A stretch of 64,000 bases of DNA from positions 2,374,534 to 2,438,533 of the forward strand of contig CP065014.1 in the NCBI GenBank assembly GCA_016700335.1, read 5' to 3'. How positions within the stretch are numbered: position 1 is the stretch's first letter; each line of letters begins with the position of its first letter. Below, piece by piece: positions 40,601 to 50,248 of the stretch. This DNA is from Chlorobiota bacterium. GTDB lineage: Bacteria; Bacteroidota; Ignavibacteria; OLB7. The notes under the pieces were generated by a model that was not told where the DNA came from, did not search any database, and was given only the letters and a program-made list of their open reading frames with translations. The translations under genes and the position numbers were made by a program.

Positions 40601-41872
40601 TGTTCCAATTCCACCAATCAATCTTGAATCAGTTGAAACATAACCACAAATATAAGCATTACCATTTTCAACATCAATATCCATTGAACGATCATCACCA
40701 GAACTAGCAATAATTGTCATATATATCATTGCTCCATTCGGATCCATTTTGGTAACAAAAGCGTCATTATAGAATGATGTTATTGAAGGAACACCTGAAC
40801 CAGCTGGATCATTTCCTGTTGGAAATGTTGTACTTGTACCGTTTGTTCCAGCACCTAATTTTTGAGGATTTGGTGCTCCAGAACCAGCAATTAACATTTG
40901 GTTAGAAGAAGTAAAACCAGTAATGTAAGCATATCCAGCTGCATCTACAGATACCCCAGTTGCTACATCATGGCTTGTTGCAACAGGACCAACTGGATTG
41001 CCAATATATGTACAATATACTAATGGATCAATAACAAGCGGACGAGAAGCATCATAGCTTCCGATATTAAATCCTACAGTTCCATTCTGACGAACAGAAA
41101 AAGAGCATTTAACTTCGCGGTTGTTACCGTTCATATCTTTTTGATATGCATAAATACCAGCTTGACGAATTTCACCAAACTGTGTAAGTATGCGAAGATC
41201 ACCATTGTCATCTACTTTTAAACCACTTTGCCCTGTAATTTTCATTGCAATCATATCAGGGCTCGCACCTGGAGCAACAATGAAATCATAACGTGGTTGG
41301 TTGTTTTCCGTATATAATACGGCATCAATTCCTTTATAAAGTTTTTCAACTTTAACAGAATTAAACTTTGAGACAAAACTTGCCCATTTTGTACGATCAT
41401 TACCCATAAGGTAATTATAGTACCCTGGTTGTTTGTCTTCACCTAGAAGTTTTGTAGAGGCAGAAGCACCTACAAAATTAACTTCAACGGCTTGAACTAA
41501 AGAACTAGAATTTTTAGAATCTGAATTCTTAAAATCATTCTTAGTTTCTTTTTTAGCGGCTAAAGTAGAAGCTTCAGAATTACCATTAGTAGTTTGGTAC
41601 ATATTATACACAAAACCAGTATTGGTAACCCAAAGGTTCATACCATTTAAATCCGCCATGAAGCGTGCATTACCTTCCCATTGTCCTTTATTTTCAATAA
41701 AGCCAATGGAATGATTAGCGAACGCCCTCTCGGCAGACTTAGTATTTGTCTTGCCAAGATCCTTTGTGTTCGTGCTTTGTTGCGCATTAGCAACGGCAGC
41801 AACTACTAACATCAATGCTACTAAAGTAGCCCGTAAAAATGTCGGTCGTTTCATTTTCTGGAGTCCTTTCAA
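34607..41872 (-). CDS. Giant (2421 aa) secreted beta-propeller (SBBP)/Ig-repeat protein with a T9SS C-terminal sorting domain
   Basis: The product has a signal peptide (MKRPTFLRATLVALMLVVAAVANAQ). It carries about 7 SBBP-like repeats (DAAGYAYITGFTSS, DDAGYVYVVGNTSSSSFP) and about 8 Ig-like modules (YQWKKNG...AGTYSCEV). The C-terminal CTD reads LKLYDMNGNLVLTQ...SGIYMLTLECDGVIDRQLVIIVK. Confidence 0.8.
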   Translation of the reverse strand: MKGLQKMKRPTFLRATLVALMLVVAAVANAQQSTNTKDLGKTNTKSAERAFANHSIGFIENKGQWEGNARFMADLNGMNLWVTNTGFVYNMYQTTNGNSEASTLAAKKETKNDFKNSDSKNSSSLVQAVEVNFVGASASTKLLGEDKQPGYYNYLMGNDRTKWASFVSKFNSVKVEKLYKGIDAVLYTENNQPRYDFIVAPGASPDMIAMKITGQSGLKVDDNGDLRILTQFGEIRQAGIYAYQKDMNGNNREVKCSFSVRQNGTVGFNIGSYDASRPLVIDPLVYCTYIGNPVGPVATSHDVATGVSVDAAGYAYITGFTSSNQMLIAGSGAPNPQKLGAGTNGTSTTFPTGNDPAGSGVPSITSFYNDAFVTKMDPNGAMIYMTIIASSGDDRSMDIDVENGNAYICGYVSTDSRLIGGIGTNTLPTSLGAIQPSPNRNLNPYNMGSQNLNASYQNFNATPGYCDAFVTGLNSLGTNIIYSTYLGGSYTQDGAFDIDVDGGQIYICGQTIFKWGVNLPPFSGGVLPTLPAVQTAPPALGTATNYFPTFGSAMVAFQPAPRYTAPTLPSQVQGGNINGFYNVTDGFVARLNPAVNGSSQLLYGSYFGGAGDIPTVSGQYVDYVDNVSAIKVGPNQSVFITGTTIAPFLRTTLGTTIADQFPTSWSGSPAGAYAANQEDAFLLQLNTANTGGGQMEYGTMISTPNFTAVDNDEAWDLALAPQGGVYITGVTYSNNAGVIDPSTGLAFYGAGSTQFNPAYNGINYRNSFPISNRAADTRCQGNGEAFVTYVDPSQTNGNQFPYSTYIGGNQNTEWGVAIDVDDAGYVYVVGNTSSSSFPQSRIPVRINLYTAYNMFVCKFSPRLDTLCYSRLMASSNALVANAGFGATTASAIPPGQFPRVRNTIWNLGLNSNGANQMGEFTAQNGGGMDLDDARNVYIVGGRVANTGVGGVYTIPVYTNAPYPVFDAFGDSYGFPSSSNYPPTSTPNFDDAYVLKMQPSEIAVADVGNTNVCIGQAHTVSFATSGCVKSVKIELLNSALSPVWSSDQNLPTGNPRTFVAPGSVGCAGAFTTYAVSDNPLFNDLYITRPPEPGPGLPAGLIPYDITNPLINSNWEWNQDQMRPGIAAVGAGSLNDQGIAVAGTINGVESYYYGFTVPQLPSNILPTGSNGVDYLSGYRWKVTQTDIRPYPQTTVADTSDNTQNIVSPGSPLPTGGTFANFNIIQGNDGRIGYNGANGNPSGFTLVQRPMYADRLPQNTVLVGGVTYPVINTEVCIGTTGNTFSGNYNTTDALGNAISTNIRALGAGGNNALNILNYEWRGPLNALVNSGTMNGVNNFAYTIPTTGFHTLPAALPIPGTGPLGVTTLADGGLYYLDLIRPVGSACAPVLSACTPVPPTRIYVNVKMKQPVSLAVNGGVNAVNSSPCETENGDLSVTLNGDNPGVIWQKLERDGITWTTIGSSNYFLSSSTNRDTVVHSNLLGNHYDLSSNQTVNPLPVPPTTVFKMRINNLRLDDTTKYRANYFSNGPCSTKVNFAQELLLKVLPLPRITRQPLNRTMCAGSNVSFSIGVFGTREWFNNGTYSYQWRRNNQIIPGANDTIYTINSVAASDAGDYSCEVRTPCAFASVVSVDAYLVVNTAPVVTTSPIDAIACAGDNASFSVEAKGGGLNFQWKKNGVAITGANTNMLNLSNVVDTDAGTYSVEVMGQCPPSTTVSAVLTVNKSPIITLDLPATLDACDNTAAQLDVTATGGGLAYEWTKNGTVIVGQTTSSYKFNVTKADNNAKIKVTIKGGCKPDVASKECVITVKDGGAITEGPKDLELCVGNPAKFSVKATGSGITYQWKKNGVNIPGENKADLSITSVSEADAGFYTVEVTGACAITGSGPLTAKLSISKPFTITSQPTGTQNVCPGGSISFSVTVSGGKNLKYQWKKNGTALPGETKSSYSTNISGSGEAGTYSCDVTDDCGQTQTTTTATVIVGSVAAISTQPTSQIICEGGSASFSVTATGANIKYQWLKNGQVISGANSNTYSLSNLTSNESGDYSCNVKGDCGNEIASATAKLVVNKTILTSSASQVDFGAVLVDSVSFKEVSVSFRNGGNTNAIINNFRGPASTTPFTIVSGIPALPKTLLPGEEIVLKVKYVGTPGTSKDSIVISADATCPASARIVLQGTGDERVAYAALEINNSTGDVKQTNPNFVTISYNGVPTKIIESEVSSLSFTIEYNATMLAPQDPALLSQVSYKKDALGLTWAQLPLTVSPVLASGTLKSIPMNVLLGNDSVTPVRFVKESIKWNVPSKGGKVITTGLFDGSFKVKGFCKLGGLRGTDPFKGGVTKISPNPVSSTMLVKYLLDDSKDAKLKLYDMNGNLVLTQFEAAKNGNAVAGLIEKETMLDVSSKYFASGIYMLTLECDGVIDRQLVIIVK

Positions 41873-42152
41873 AGAAAGCTGATGGGATTAACGTTAATAT
41901 TAATTATAATTATTATTTATTCTAAGTAAAAAAGATAGTTGACTATTAGACAAACACTTTAAAAGCTATTACAAAACCCCTAAATTGGGATTTTGTTTCA
42001 ATTAATTTTTTTTTCTCTTATTAAGTATTTTAGAAAATAGTATCTCAATTTAAGAAAAAAAAACTTACTATCGAAGGAAAGATTTCAATAATGCAATAAA
42101 AAGAGAATTTAATTTTATAATAAATTTAGCTCAATAAAAAATATTTTATCAC

Positions 42153-42189
42153 AATTTGTAATAAAATTTATTGAATTTTATTACAAATT
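42153..42189. promoter_or_regulatory. Perfect 15-bp inverted repeat (aatttgtaataaaat, 7-bp spacer, attttattacaaatt) in a divergent promoter region
   Basis: The arms are exact reverse complements. The repeat ends 32 bp upstream of the rsmB ATG and lies about 280 bp upstream of the divergently transcribed giant gene. Confidence 0.3.
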
Positions 42190-42221
42190 TTAGCTTAAAT
42201 TTATGATCATACAATAAAAGA

Positions 42222-43568
42222 ATGTTCGCCAATAAAATAATTAATTCTTCTAGAACTGCATCTGTGCGTATTCTTACAACATTACTAAATGAAAGTGAAA
42301 ATGTAAGAAACACATTTCAAGAAAAAGAAATTTTAAGTAAATTATCTAACTCAGATAAAGCACTAGCTCATGAAATCATATCCGGAACAATTAGATGGTT
42401 ACTAAAAATCGATTGGATAATTTTGCAAAGATACAAAGGTGATTTTAATTCTGCACCACTTATTGTAAAAAATTCTCTGCGTATTGCTATATACCAAATA
42501 TTATTTTTAGACAAAATTCCTCAAAGTGCTGCTGTTAATGAATCTGTTGAAATTATTAAACAATATCATAGCCTATCAGTTTCGAAACTTGTAAATGCTG
42601 TATTAAGAGATATACTCCGAAATTTAAACTCCGTTACATATCCAGATGAAAAATCAGATTTGCCTTTAGCTTTATCAGTTAAATATTCTCACCCAAGATG
42701 GATGGTGAGAAGATGGTTAAAAAGATTTTCTGTAGATGAGGTTATTCAGATAATGGAAGCAAACAATGAAAGACCAAAAATTTCTATAAGAGTTAACCCA
42801 ATTATTACTTCAACTGAAAATTTTTTAGATTTAATTTCAAGAACTAAAATTCATTTAAGTAACGGTTACTTTTTAAAAGACAATTTTTATTCTGAAAAGC
42901 TCTCATCAATTGAAAGTAACACATTGTTCAAAAAAGGTTTTTTTACTATTCAAGATGAAGGTTCAGCATTATGTTCAAAACTTTCTCAAGCGAAGCCTGG
43001 TATGAGAGTAATAGATTTATGCTCTGCTCCAGGTGGCAAAGCTTTAAATATAGCTGGGCAAATGAATAATAAAGGTGAAATTATTGCTGTTGATATTTAT
43101 GAGAATAAGTTAATCAAGATTACTCAAGCTGCTCTTAGGTTGGGTGTCAAGATTATAGAGCCTGTGTTAGGAGATGCAAAATCAATTGATATACACAATG
43201 CTGATATTGTTTTTGTTGATGCTCCATGTTCAGGTTTGGGGGTTATCAGAAAAAAACAAGATATAAAATGGATGAGAACTTCTAACCAAATTAATGAATT
43301 AGTAGTTTTACAATCTGAAATCCTTGAAAATGCAAAAAATCTTGTAAAACCAAATGGACATTTAATTTATTCAACTTGTACAATTGAACAACAAGAAAAT
43401 CATGAAATAATAAAAAAATTTTTAGAAATAAATTCCAATTTTTCAATTGAAAATGCTAACAATTTCTTACCTAATGAAGTGGTGAGCAATAATGGGTTTT
43501 TAGAAACATATTCTCATAAACATAAAATTGATGGTACTTTTGGTGTAAGGTTAAGAAAACATGATTGA
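42222..43568 (+). CDS. rsmB: 16S rRNA (cytosine967-C5)-methyltransferase RsmB (Sun)
   Basis: The product has a NusB-like N-terminus, a SAM motif (DLCSAPGGK), and the catalytic DAPCSG and YSTCT motifs. Confidence 0.85.
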   Translation: MFANKIINSSRTASVRILTTLLNESENVRNTFQEKEILSKLSNSDKALAHEIISGTIRWLLKIDWIILQRYKGDFNSAPLIVKNSLRIAIYQILFLDKIPQSAAVNESVEIIKQYHSLSVSKLVNAVLRDILRNLNSVTYPDEKSDLPLALSVKYSHPRWMVRRWLKRFSVDEVIQIMEANNERPKISIRVNPIITSTENFLDLISRTKIHLSNGYFLKDNFYSEKLSSIESNTLFKKGFFTIQDEGSALCSKLSQAKPGMRVIDLCSAPGGKALNIAGQMNNKGEIIAVDIYENKLIKITQAALRLGVKIIEPVLGDAKSIDIHNADIVFVDAPCSGLGVIRKKQDIKWMRTSNQINELVVLQSEILENAKNLVKPNGHLIYSTCTIEQQENHEIIKKFLEINSNFSIENANNFLPNEVVSNNGFLETYSHKHKIDGTFGVRLRKHD

Positions 43569-43590
43569 TTTTTATTATTATTTGATTTGT

Positions 43591-44370
43591 TTAAAGTTTA
43601 AAAATCAACATGTCATCGAAATCATCAGATTGTTCACAACCAATTAAACTATTTTTTATCAATTCCAACAATGCTAAAAAAGTAACAATAATACCAATCC
43701 TTTCTAAACCTCCAACTAATGTAAAGAATGTTGTTTGAGACTGTGCTCCTAATACAGATAAAATATATTCTGCTTGTTCTTCAACATTGTAATTAATCTG
43801 CTCAACTTTATGTTGGGTTTCAACTTTTGGGGCTTTATCTAATGCTCTTTTAAAAGTTTTTAACAAATCAAATAAAGTTACATTTTTCAATAGTTGATCT
43901 GGAGTAACTTCATCATGAATTGCAATATCAGCTGTAAAAAGTTCCCTATAAAAGATAAATCTATTTTTATCTTCTAATTCTTTTAATTCCTCTGATACCT
44001 CTTTATATTGTTTGTATTCTAATAATCGTCTTATAAGTTCAGCCCTTGGATCATCTTCCTCTGGTTCATCAGGTAACCTCTCTTCTTTTGGGATTAACAT
44101 TTTTGCTTTTATTTGCATAAGCATAGATGCCATAACTATAAATTCTCCAGATCTCTCTAAATCAAGTATTTTTAGTTCTTGAGTATAAACTAAAAACTCC
44201 TCTGTAATTTTTGAGATTGGTATATCATATATATTTAACTCATCCCTTTTAATAAAAAAAAGTAACAAATCTAATGGTCCTTCAAAATCTGGAAGTGTGA
44301 TTATATATTTATCATTATCCATTTTAAATGGGGGTATGAATTCTACAATTGGAACTGTTGTTTCTTTCAA
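43591..44370 (-). CDS. scpA: Segregation and condensation protein A (ScpA)
   Basis: The 259-aa product has the N-terminal FEGPLDLLLFFIKRDELNIYDIPISKIT, the canonical ScpA motif. Confidence 0.85.
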   Translation of the reverse strand: MKETTVPIVEFIPPFKMDNDKYIITLPDFEGPLDLLLFFIKRDELNIYDIPISKITEEFLVYTQELKILDLERSGEFIVMASMLMQIKAKMLIPKEERLPDEPEEDDPRAELIRRLLEYKQYKEVSEELKELEDKNRFIFYRELFTADIAIHDEVTPDQLLKNVTLFDLLKTFKRALDKAPKVETQHKVEQINYNVEEQAEYILSVLGAQSQTTFFTLVGGLERIGIIVTFLALLELIKNSLIGCEQSDDFDDMLIFKL

Positions 44371-44452
44371 AATTTTGTTAATAAATTACTTCTGTTTTTA
44401 AGGAAGTTGAATATCTATTGTTAAAATGTTATTAAAATAATAAATATTAAAA

Positions 44453-45727
44453 TTAACCAACATAATCTTTAAACTCATTTTTCTCTGGTTCATTATAAAC
44501 ATAAGTTGGTTCATGTTTATCTTCAATTGTTTCACCAGTTATAATAACTTTTAATAGATTTTTTTTATCAGATAAATTATACATAATATCAAGCATCACA
44601 TCTTCAACAACACCTCTTAAAGCTCTTGCTCCAGTTTTTCTTTCTACAGATTTTTTTATAATAGCATCAATAGCATTCTCATTAAATTCTAATTCAACAC
44701 CTTCCATTGCAAATATTTTTTTAAACTGTTTTACAATTGCATTTTTTGGTTGAGTTAAAATTTGTTTCATTGCAATATCTGTTAATGGTTCAAGTGCTGC
44801 AATAACAGGAAGCCTTCCAACGAATTCTGGAATTAGACCAAACTTCAATAAATCAGAAGGTTCAACAAACTGAAATAGTTCTTCAGATTCTTTTACTCTT
44901 TGCTCTCCTTTGTCATCACCAAACCCCATTTTTGTTTTTGTCATTCTTGATGCTATTATTCTATCTAATCCAGAAAATGCTCCACCACATACAAACAAAA
45001 TATTTTTTGTATCAACTGTTACTAAAGGTTGTTCTGGATGTTTGCGACCACCCTTTGGAGGTACTTTTGCTTTTGTACCCTCAAGTATTTTAAGCAACCC
45101 TTGCTGAACTCCTTCACCAGATACATCCCTAGTAATTGAAGGAGAATCTGATCTACGTGTAATTTTATCTATCTCGTCAATATAAATAATTCCTTTTTCA
45201 GCTTTCTCTACATCGTAATCTGCATTTTGAAGTAATGCAACTATTATTGACTCAACATCATCACCAACATATCCAGCCTCTGTAAGTGTTGTGGCATCAG
45301 CTATTGCAAATGGTACGTCTAAAAGCCTTGCCATTGTTTGAGCTAATAATGTTTTACCAACTCCTGTAGGTCCCATTAATAATATATTCGATTTATCAAT
45401 TTCAACATCATCAAATCCTGAAATTGTTCCTTGAGATTCAATCCTTTTATAATGATTGTAAACAGCAACAGATAAAGATTTTTTTGCTTTGTCTTGACCA
45501 ATTACATATTCATCTAATGCTGATCTGATTGCTTTTGGAGTTGGTCTTTTTGTAAGTTGCTTCTGTATAAGATCCCTTGAATTTTTGCGTAACATATCTA
45601 CTGAGTTTTGAACGCAAATATCACAAATATACACATTTGGTCCTGCTAATATAGAACCAACCTCATCTGGCAGTCTGCTACAAAATGAACATCTTACAAA
45701 ATCTGACTGAAAATTATCAACTGACAT
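44453..45727 (-). CDS. clpX: ATP-dependent Clp protease ATP-binding subunit ClpX
   Basis: The product has a zinc-binding N-terminus (CSFCSR...CDIC), the Walker A motif [12 protein letters not shown], and the GYVGEDVE-like and IVKQF motifs. Confidence 0.9.
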   Translation of the reverse strand: MSVDNFQSDFVRCSFCSRLPDEVGSILAGPNVYICDICVQNSVDMLRKNSRDLIQKQLTKRPTPKAIRSALDEYVIGQDKAKKSLSVAVYNHYKRIESQGTISGFDDVEIDKSNILLMGPTGVGKTLLAQTMARLLDVPFAIADATTLTEAGYVGDDVESIIVALLQNADYDVEKAEKGIIYIDEIDKITRRSDSPSITRDVSGEGVQQGLLKILEGTKAKVPPKGGRKHPEQPLVTVDTKNILFVCGGAFSGLDRIIASRMTKTKMGFGDDKGEQRVKESEELFQFVEPSDLLKFGLIPEFVGRLPVIAALEPLTDIAMKQILTQPKNAIVKQFKKIFAMEGVELEFNENAIDAIIKKSVERKTGARALRGVVEDVMLDIMYNLSDKKNLLKVIITGETIEDKHEPTYVYNEPEKNEFKDYVG

Positions 45728-45976
45728 ACTATTTTTATTAATTTTTTTAAGGGCGTGAAACTAAGAATAGTTTTTAATGCGACAAACTGTTATTTAGTAA
45801 TTGATTTGTAAAAAAATATTATTTAGTTTTATGATTTTATAATTTAACTAAATACTATTATTTTTTATTAGTTAATAATTTTTAGTTAGAATTCAAATGT
45901 AATTACTTTCGATCTTTAGAAGATAACAAGAGATAAAATTATAAAATTATTATTTTTAGACTTTGCTTAAACAAAA

Positions 45977-46729
45977 ATGTATTCTATTTTGGTACATATG
46001 AAATTTATTATATTTACAATCATTTTCCTTTCTTCTTTTAACTATTTATTTTCACAAGATGATTTATTTGTTGAAATTGGAGCTGGGTTTAATGGTAGTG
46101 ACAATTCCGTTTTTTCTAACAGATTATCATCATTCCAACCTAGGGATTTAAACAACAAACCAATTCTATATAGGTCTGCAGCATTTTCAAATACTGGTTT
46201 ATCTTTACAAGCAACTTCTACAGTAAGTTTTGGAAATTTAATTTTAAATGCAACTTTATCTAATGTTTACTTCCCTAAAGTATTTTCTATAAATGAATAT
46301 AACTCTAATAGAAGTGAATATAAATTATCAAACTTTGAATTAGGAATTGCATTTGGATATCCTATTGTTCGTAATTCTGGATTTATTTTATTTCCATTTA
46401 TTCAAGGAAGTTTAACAAGATATAATTTATCTTTCAATAACAATAATTTATTACCTATACCATTTTTTGAAGGTGATAATGTGTTACCTGGTGAAATTGC
46501 TAATTATACTGCAAATGGTCCGAGAGCATCTATTGGCTTAGCTTTTGATAAAGTTTTAAGTAATTCAGAAATAGGATTAATTATTGGATCAAGAATAACT
46601 TTTGGTAAAATGTTAAGCTCTGCTCAATGGGAACAGAATAATTCGCTTGTTAAAAATGGAGGTAATTCCCCGTGTAACTGTGGAGCAACAATAACTTTAA
46701 ACTTTGGTTATGGTAAAATTAATAAATAA
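45977..46729 (+). CDS. Hypothetical outer-membrane beta-barrel protein
   Basis: The product has a signal peptide and a beta-strand pattern, and ends in an aromatic residue-containing strand (LNFGYGKINK). No family could be assigned. Confidence 0.4.
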   Translation: MYSILVHMKFIIFTIIFLSSFNYLFSQDDLFVEIGAGFNGSDNSVFSNRLSSFQPRDLNNKPILYRSAAFSNTGLSLQATSTVSFGNLILNATLSNVYFPKVFSINEYNSNRSEYKLSNFELGIAFGYPIVRNSGFILFPFIQGSLTRYNLSFNNNNLLPIPFFEGDNVLPGEIANYTANGPRASIGLAFDKVLSNSEIGLIIGSRITFGKMLSSAQWEQNNSLVKNGGNSPCNCGATITLNFGYGKINK

Positions 46730-48143
46730 ATATTTCGGATTTGGTAACTTTAAAATTGTTTTTAAAAAATTTAATATTTACTACATTTCTTTTTTAATTG
46801 TATTATTTTTTTTAATAAATTTAATTGCATACAATAAATGTTGTTCTCAAAATTTCAATGTAAGTGAGTTTTATTCATATGGAGATGATTACTTTTTTGA
46901 GATAAATACTTTGCCGGGCTCTAAAGTGATTGGCAAAGAAAGAGTTATTGTAACTTTTAGATTAACACATGATTTACTAAATTTTAAAAAAAGTATTTTG
47001 AATGATAAAAGCACTAGATATATTGCTACTCCGAGTATATTTCTCGAAGCTACAAATTATGAAGGTGTAATTTGTGAAAGAGCTTTTTGGAAAGATACTA
47101 TTGTAACTAATTCCTATGAAAATACTAATTCCAAAAATATTTTAGTTTGTGGTTCTTTTGAATTATCATTAAGATCAGATTCTTATAAATTAAAATATGT
47201 AATAGATGATGGTTCTCAAGTGAACTCTATTTCAAAGGTTACTGAGTTTTTTAAAGTTCCTTCTTTTACTAATAGTAGTGGAATTGGTACTCCTAAATTT
47301 TATAATGATGTATCAAATGATACTTTAATTGCGTCTGAAATTGATGCTTCGGTATTGTTTGGAAATAGTTTAAAAGTTTGTATTCCATTTACTTTACAAC
47401 AAGTCCCAATTTCGTCAATTTGTACCATTTCAAAAGTTACAACTAACCCCAATGAAACATCAATTGAAATTAAGTCCTATCCTTGTAAGATATTAGAAAA
47501 CAAAACTTTATCTAAAGCTATAATTTGTAATAATGATATCAAATTTGAAATAGTTGATTTTAAAGATTCATCTAAACAAAGTATATATTTAGCAATTCTT
47601 GAAACACCAATTAATTTTTTAGATGTTGGTGATTATATTTTAAAGGTTAATTGTAAAAGTACTAAGGAAAATTTATCAGATAGTTTTTTATTTAAACTGC
47701 GATGGTTAACTATGCCTTTATCAATTGCAGCAACAAAAAATGATTATAACATTAGGTCTTTATATCCAATAGCAACTCCAGATGAGATAAAAGAACTAAG
47801 AAGTGGAAGTACAGAAGAAAAAGTAAAAAAATTTAATGAGTTTTGGAGGATATTAGATCCTACTAAGGATACAAAATTTAATGAAGCAATGGCTGAATAT
47901 TACACAAGAGTTGATTATTCTTTTTTTAATTTTAGATCATTAGATCAAAACGATGGTACTTTTACAGATAGAGGTAAAATATATATATTAAACGGACCAC
48001 CAACAGAACTTCAAAGAGATTTACGAGGTGAAACACCAAAGGAAGTTTGGATTTATAAAAACAGAGTTTCTAAAGAATTTATATTCACTGACAAAACAAC
48101 AAAGGGTAACTTTAAGTTGATAGGAGTTGTTGATTTAAAATAA
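46704..48143 (+). CDS. GWxTD domain-containing protein
   Basis: The C-terminus reads DGTFTDRGKIYILNGPPTE...EVWIY, matching the GWxTD signature. The annotated start overlaps the upstream gene by 26 nt, so the true start may be an internal TTG or GTG. Confidence 0.6.
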   Translation: MVMVKLINKYFGFGNFKIVFKKFNIYYISFLIVLFFLINLIAYNKCCSQNFNVSEFYSYGDDYFFEINTLPGSKVIGKERVIVTFRLTHDLLNFKKSILNDKSTRYIATPSIFLEATNYEGVICERAFWKDTIVTNSYENTNSKNILVCGSFELSLRSDSYKLKYVIDDGSQVNSISKVTEFFKVPSFTNSSGIGTPKFYNDVSNDTLIASEIDASVLFGNSLKVCIPFTLQQVPISSICTISKVTTNPNETSIEIKSYPCKILENKTLSKAIICNNDIKFEIVDFKDSSKQSIYLAILETPINFLDVGDYILKVNCKSTKENLSDSFLFKLRWLTMPLSIAATKNDYNIRSLYPIATPDEIKELRSGSTEEKVKKFNEFWRILDPTKDTKFNEAMAEYYTRVDYSFFNFRSLDQNDGTFTDRGKIYILNGPPTELQRDLRGETPKEVWIYKNRVSKEFIFTDKTTKGNFKLIGVVDLK

Positions 48144-48150
48144 AAAAAAA

Positions 48151-48178
48151 TACCACGATTAAATAAATAATCGTGGTA
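48151..48178. terminator. Bidirectional intrinsic terminator
   Basis: The hairpin taccacgatta-aataaa-taatcgtggta is preceded by an A9 run. It lies between the convergent GWxTD and typA genes. Confidence 0.55.
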
Positions 48179-48219
48179 AGATATTTTATTAAGATAAATT
48201 TTTCAAATAGAAGAATTTA

Positions 48220-50055
48220 TTAATCAGTTAAAGTTTGTGCTTTTAAAGTGTGTCTTTTGCTAGCTTCAAGAATTACCTTTCTTAATCTAATAGATTTTGG
48301 AGTAACTTCAACTAGTTCATCTTCTTTTAAAAATTCAATTGCTTTTTCTAATGTTAAAGGAGTTACAGGTGTTAGTTGAACAGCTTCATCTTTACCAGAA
48401 GCCCTCATGTTTGAAAGCTTTTTCTCTTTTACAGCATTAACATTTAAATCATTATCTCGATTATGTTCACCAATAATCATCCCTTCATAAACTGGATTTG
48501 TTGGCTCAACAAACATTGTTCCTCTTGGCTCTAGATTAAACAATGCGTAAGGAACTGCATTTCCTGATCTATCAGCAACTAATGATCCAGTAAGCCTTGT
48601 AGGGAAATCTCCACGATGCTCCTCATAACCCATTAAATATGAATTCATCAAACCTGTTCCTTTAGTATCTGTTAAAAATTCATTTCTGTAACCAATCAAA
48701 GATCTTGATGGAATTGAAAATTCTAATCTTACTCTTCCAGTTCCATGATTAACCATATTAATCATTCTACCTTTTCTTCTAGATAACTTTTCAGTAACAA
48801 CACCCATAAAATTTTCATCACAATCAATAAACAAATGTTCAATTGGTTCCACAACTTTCCCATCTTTTTTCTTGAAAATAACTTGTGGTCTGCCAACAGT
48901 TAGTTCATAACCTTCCCTTCTCATTGTCTCAATCAAAATTGCCATTTGAAATTCACCTCTACCTTTTACAGTAAATGAATCTGATTCCTGAGTTGTCTCA
49001 ACTTTTAAAGCTACATTACTTAACGTCTCTTTTAATAATCTTTCTCTAATTTTATTAGATTGTACATGCTTACCTTCACGGCCAGATAATGGAGAAGTAT
49101 TAATTGTAAACATCATAGATATAGTTGGCTCATCTACAGAAATTCTTTTTAAAGGTTTTGGATTATTTCTATTGCAAATAGTATCACCAATTTTTACATC
49201 TTCAATACCTGCAAGAATTGCAATATCTCCAGCATCTACTTGTTCAGTATCACCAATACTAACTCCTTGATACGTTTGTAATTTAGAAACTTTTAACGGA
49301 ACTGGTTTGTTATCTTCACCAATACAAACCAAAGATTCACTATTATGAACATTACCATTGATTACTCTTCCAATTGCTAATCTACCAAGATATTCACTGT
49401 AATTTAAATCTGCAACTAACATCTGGAATGGTTCATCAGGATTGTAAGATGGTGGTGGTAATTCATTTACAATTGCTTCATATAAAGGCTTTAAATCTAT
49501 TCCAATTTCATCTAAACTATTTTGAGCAATTCCGTCTCTTCCAATAGCATATAAAACTGGGAACTCAATTTGTTCATCATTAGCTTCTAGATCAATAAAC
49601 AGATCATAAATTTCATTTAGAACTTCTTGAGGTCTTGCATCCTGACGATCAATTTTATTTACAACAACAATAATTTTCTTTTTTCCCTCAAGTGCTTTTT
49701 TGAGAACAAACCTAGTTTGAGGTAATGGTCCTTCACTAGCATCAACAAGAAGGATAGCACCATCAACCATCATTAAAGCTCTTTCAACTTCCCCTCCAAA
49801 ATCTGAGTGACCAGGAGTATCTAGAATATTAATTTTAACATCACCCCAATGGACTGAACAGTTTTTAGCAGAAATTGTAATCCCTCTTTCCCTTTCTAAA
49901 TCCATAGAATCCATAATTCTATTATCAACATGTTGATTTTCCCTAAAGATACCACTCTGTTTGAAAAGATGATCTACTAGTGTAGTTTTACCGTGATCAA
50001 CGTGTGCTATAATAGCTATGTTGCGGACTTTATTGTTGAATACTATATTTTTCAT
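48220..50055 (-). CDS. typA: Translational GTPase TypA/BipA
   Basis: The product has G1 (AHVDHGKTT), G3 (DTPGHSDF) and G4 (NKID) motifs and is colinear with EF-G-like domains over 611 aa. Confidence 0.9.
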   Translation of the reverse strand: MKNIVFNNKVRNIAIIAHVDHGKTTLVDHLFKQSGIFRENQHVDNRIMDSMDLERERGITISAKNCSVHWGDVKINILDTPGHSDFGGEVERALMMVDGAILLVDASEGPLPQTRFVLKKALEGKKKIIVVVNKIDRQDARPQEVLNEIYDLFIDLEANDEQIEFPVLYAIGRDGIAQNSLDEIGIDLKPLYEAIVNELPPPSYNPDEPFQMLVADLNYSEYLGRLAIGRVINGNVHNSESLVCIGEDNKPVPLKVSKLQTYQGVSIGDTEQVDAGDIAILAGIEDVKIGDTICNRNNPKPLKRISVDEPTISMMFTINTSPLSGREGKHVQSNKIRERLLKETLSNVALKVETTQESDSFTVKGRGEFQMAILIETMRREGYELTVGRPQVIFKKKDGKVVEPIEHLFIDCDENFMGVVTEKLSRRKGRMINMVNHGTGRVRLEFSIPSRSLIGYRNEFLTDTKGTGLMNSYLMGYEEHRGDFPTRLTGSLVADRSGNAVPYALFNLEPRGTMFVEPTNPVYEGMIIGEHNRDNDLNVNAVKEKKLSNMRASGKDEAVQLTPVTPLTLEKAIEFLKEDELVEVTPKSIRLRKVILEASKRHTLKAQTLTD

Positions 50056-50204
50056 AATAATTTAATAATTGCTTTTTTAAAATTTAAAATTCAAAAAATT
50101 TAATTCAGAGATATTAAATAAGATATAATTCACCGATTAAATTTTTTGAAGTCGCGAAGATACGGTAACTCACTTAATTTGAAGATATTTTTGAAATAAA
50201 AAAA

Positions 50205-50229
50205 AGGTCAAGTAATAATTACCTGACCT
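50205..50229 (-). terminator. Putative terminator of guaB
   Basis: On the minus strand, ggtcaggta-attat-tacttgacc is followed by a T8 run. The stem is imperfect. Confidence 0.4.
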
Positions 50230-50248
50230 CCAGATATAATAATATCTT

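Noticed and set aside
34607-41872. Higher local GC, taken as evidence of a horizontally transferred island
   Set aside because: The shift coincides exactly with one gene whose product is dominated by Gly/Ala/Thr/Pro/Val codons. There are no flanking tRNA, integrase or direct repeats. It is kept only as a low-priority check in the findings.
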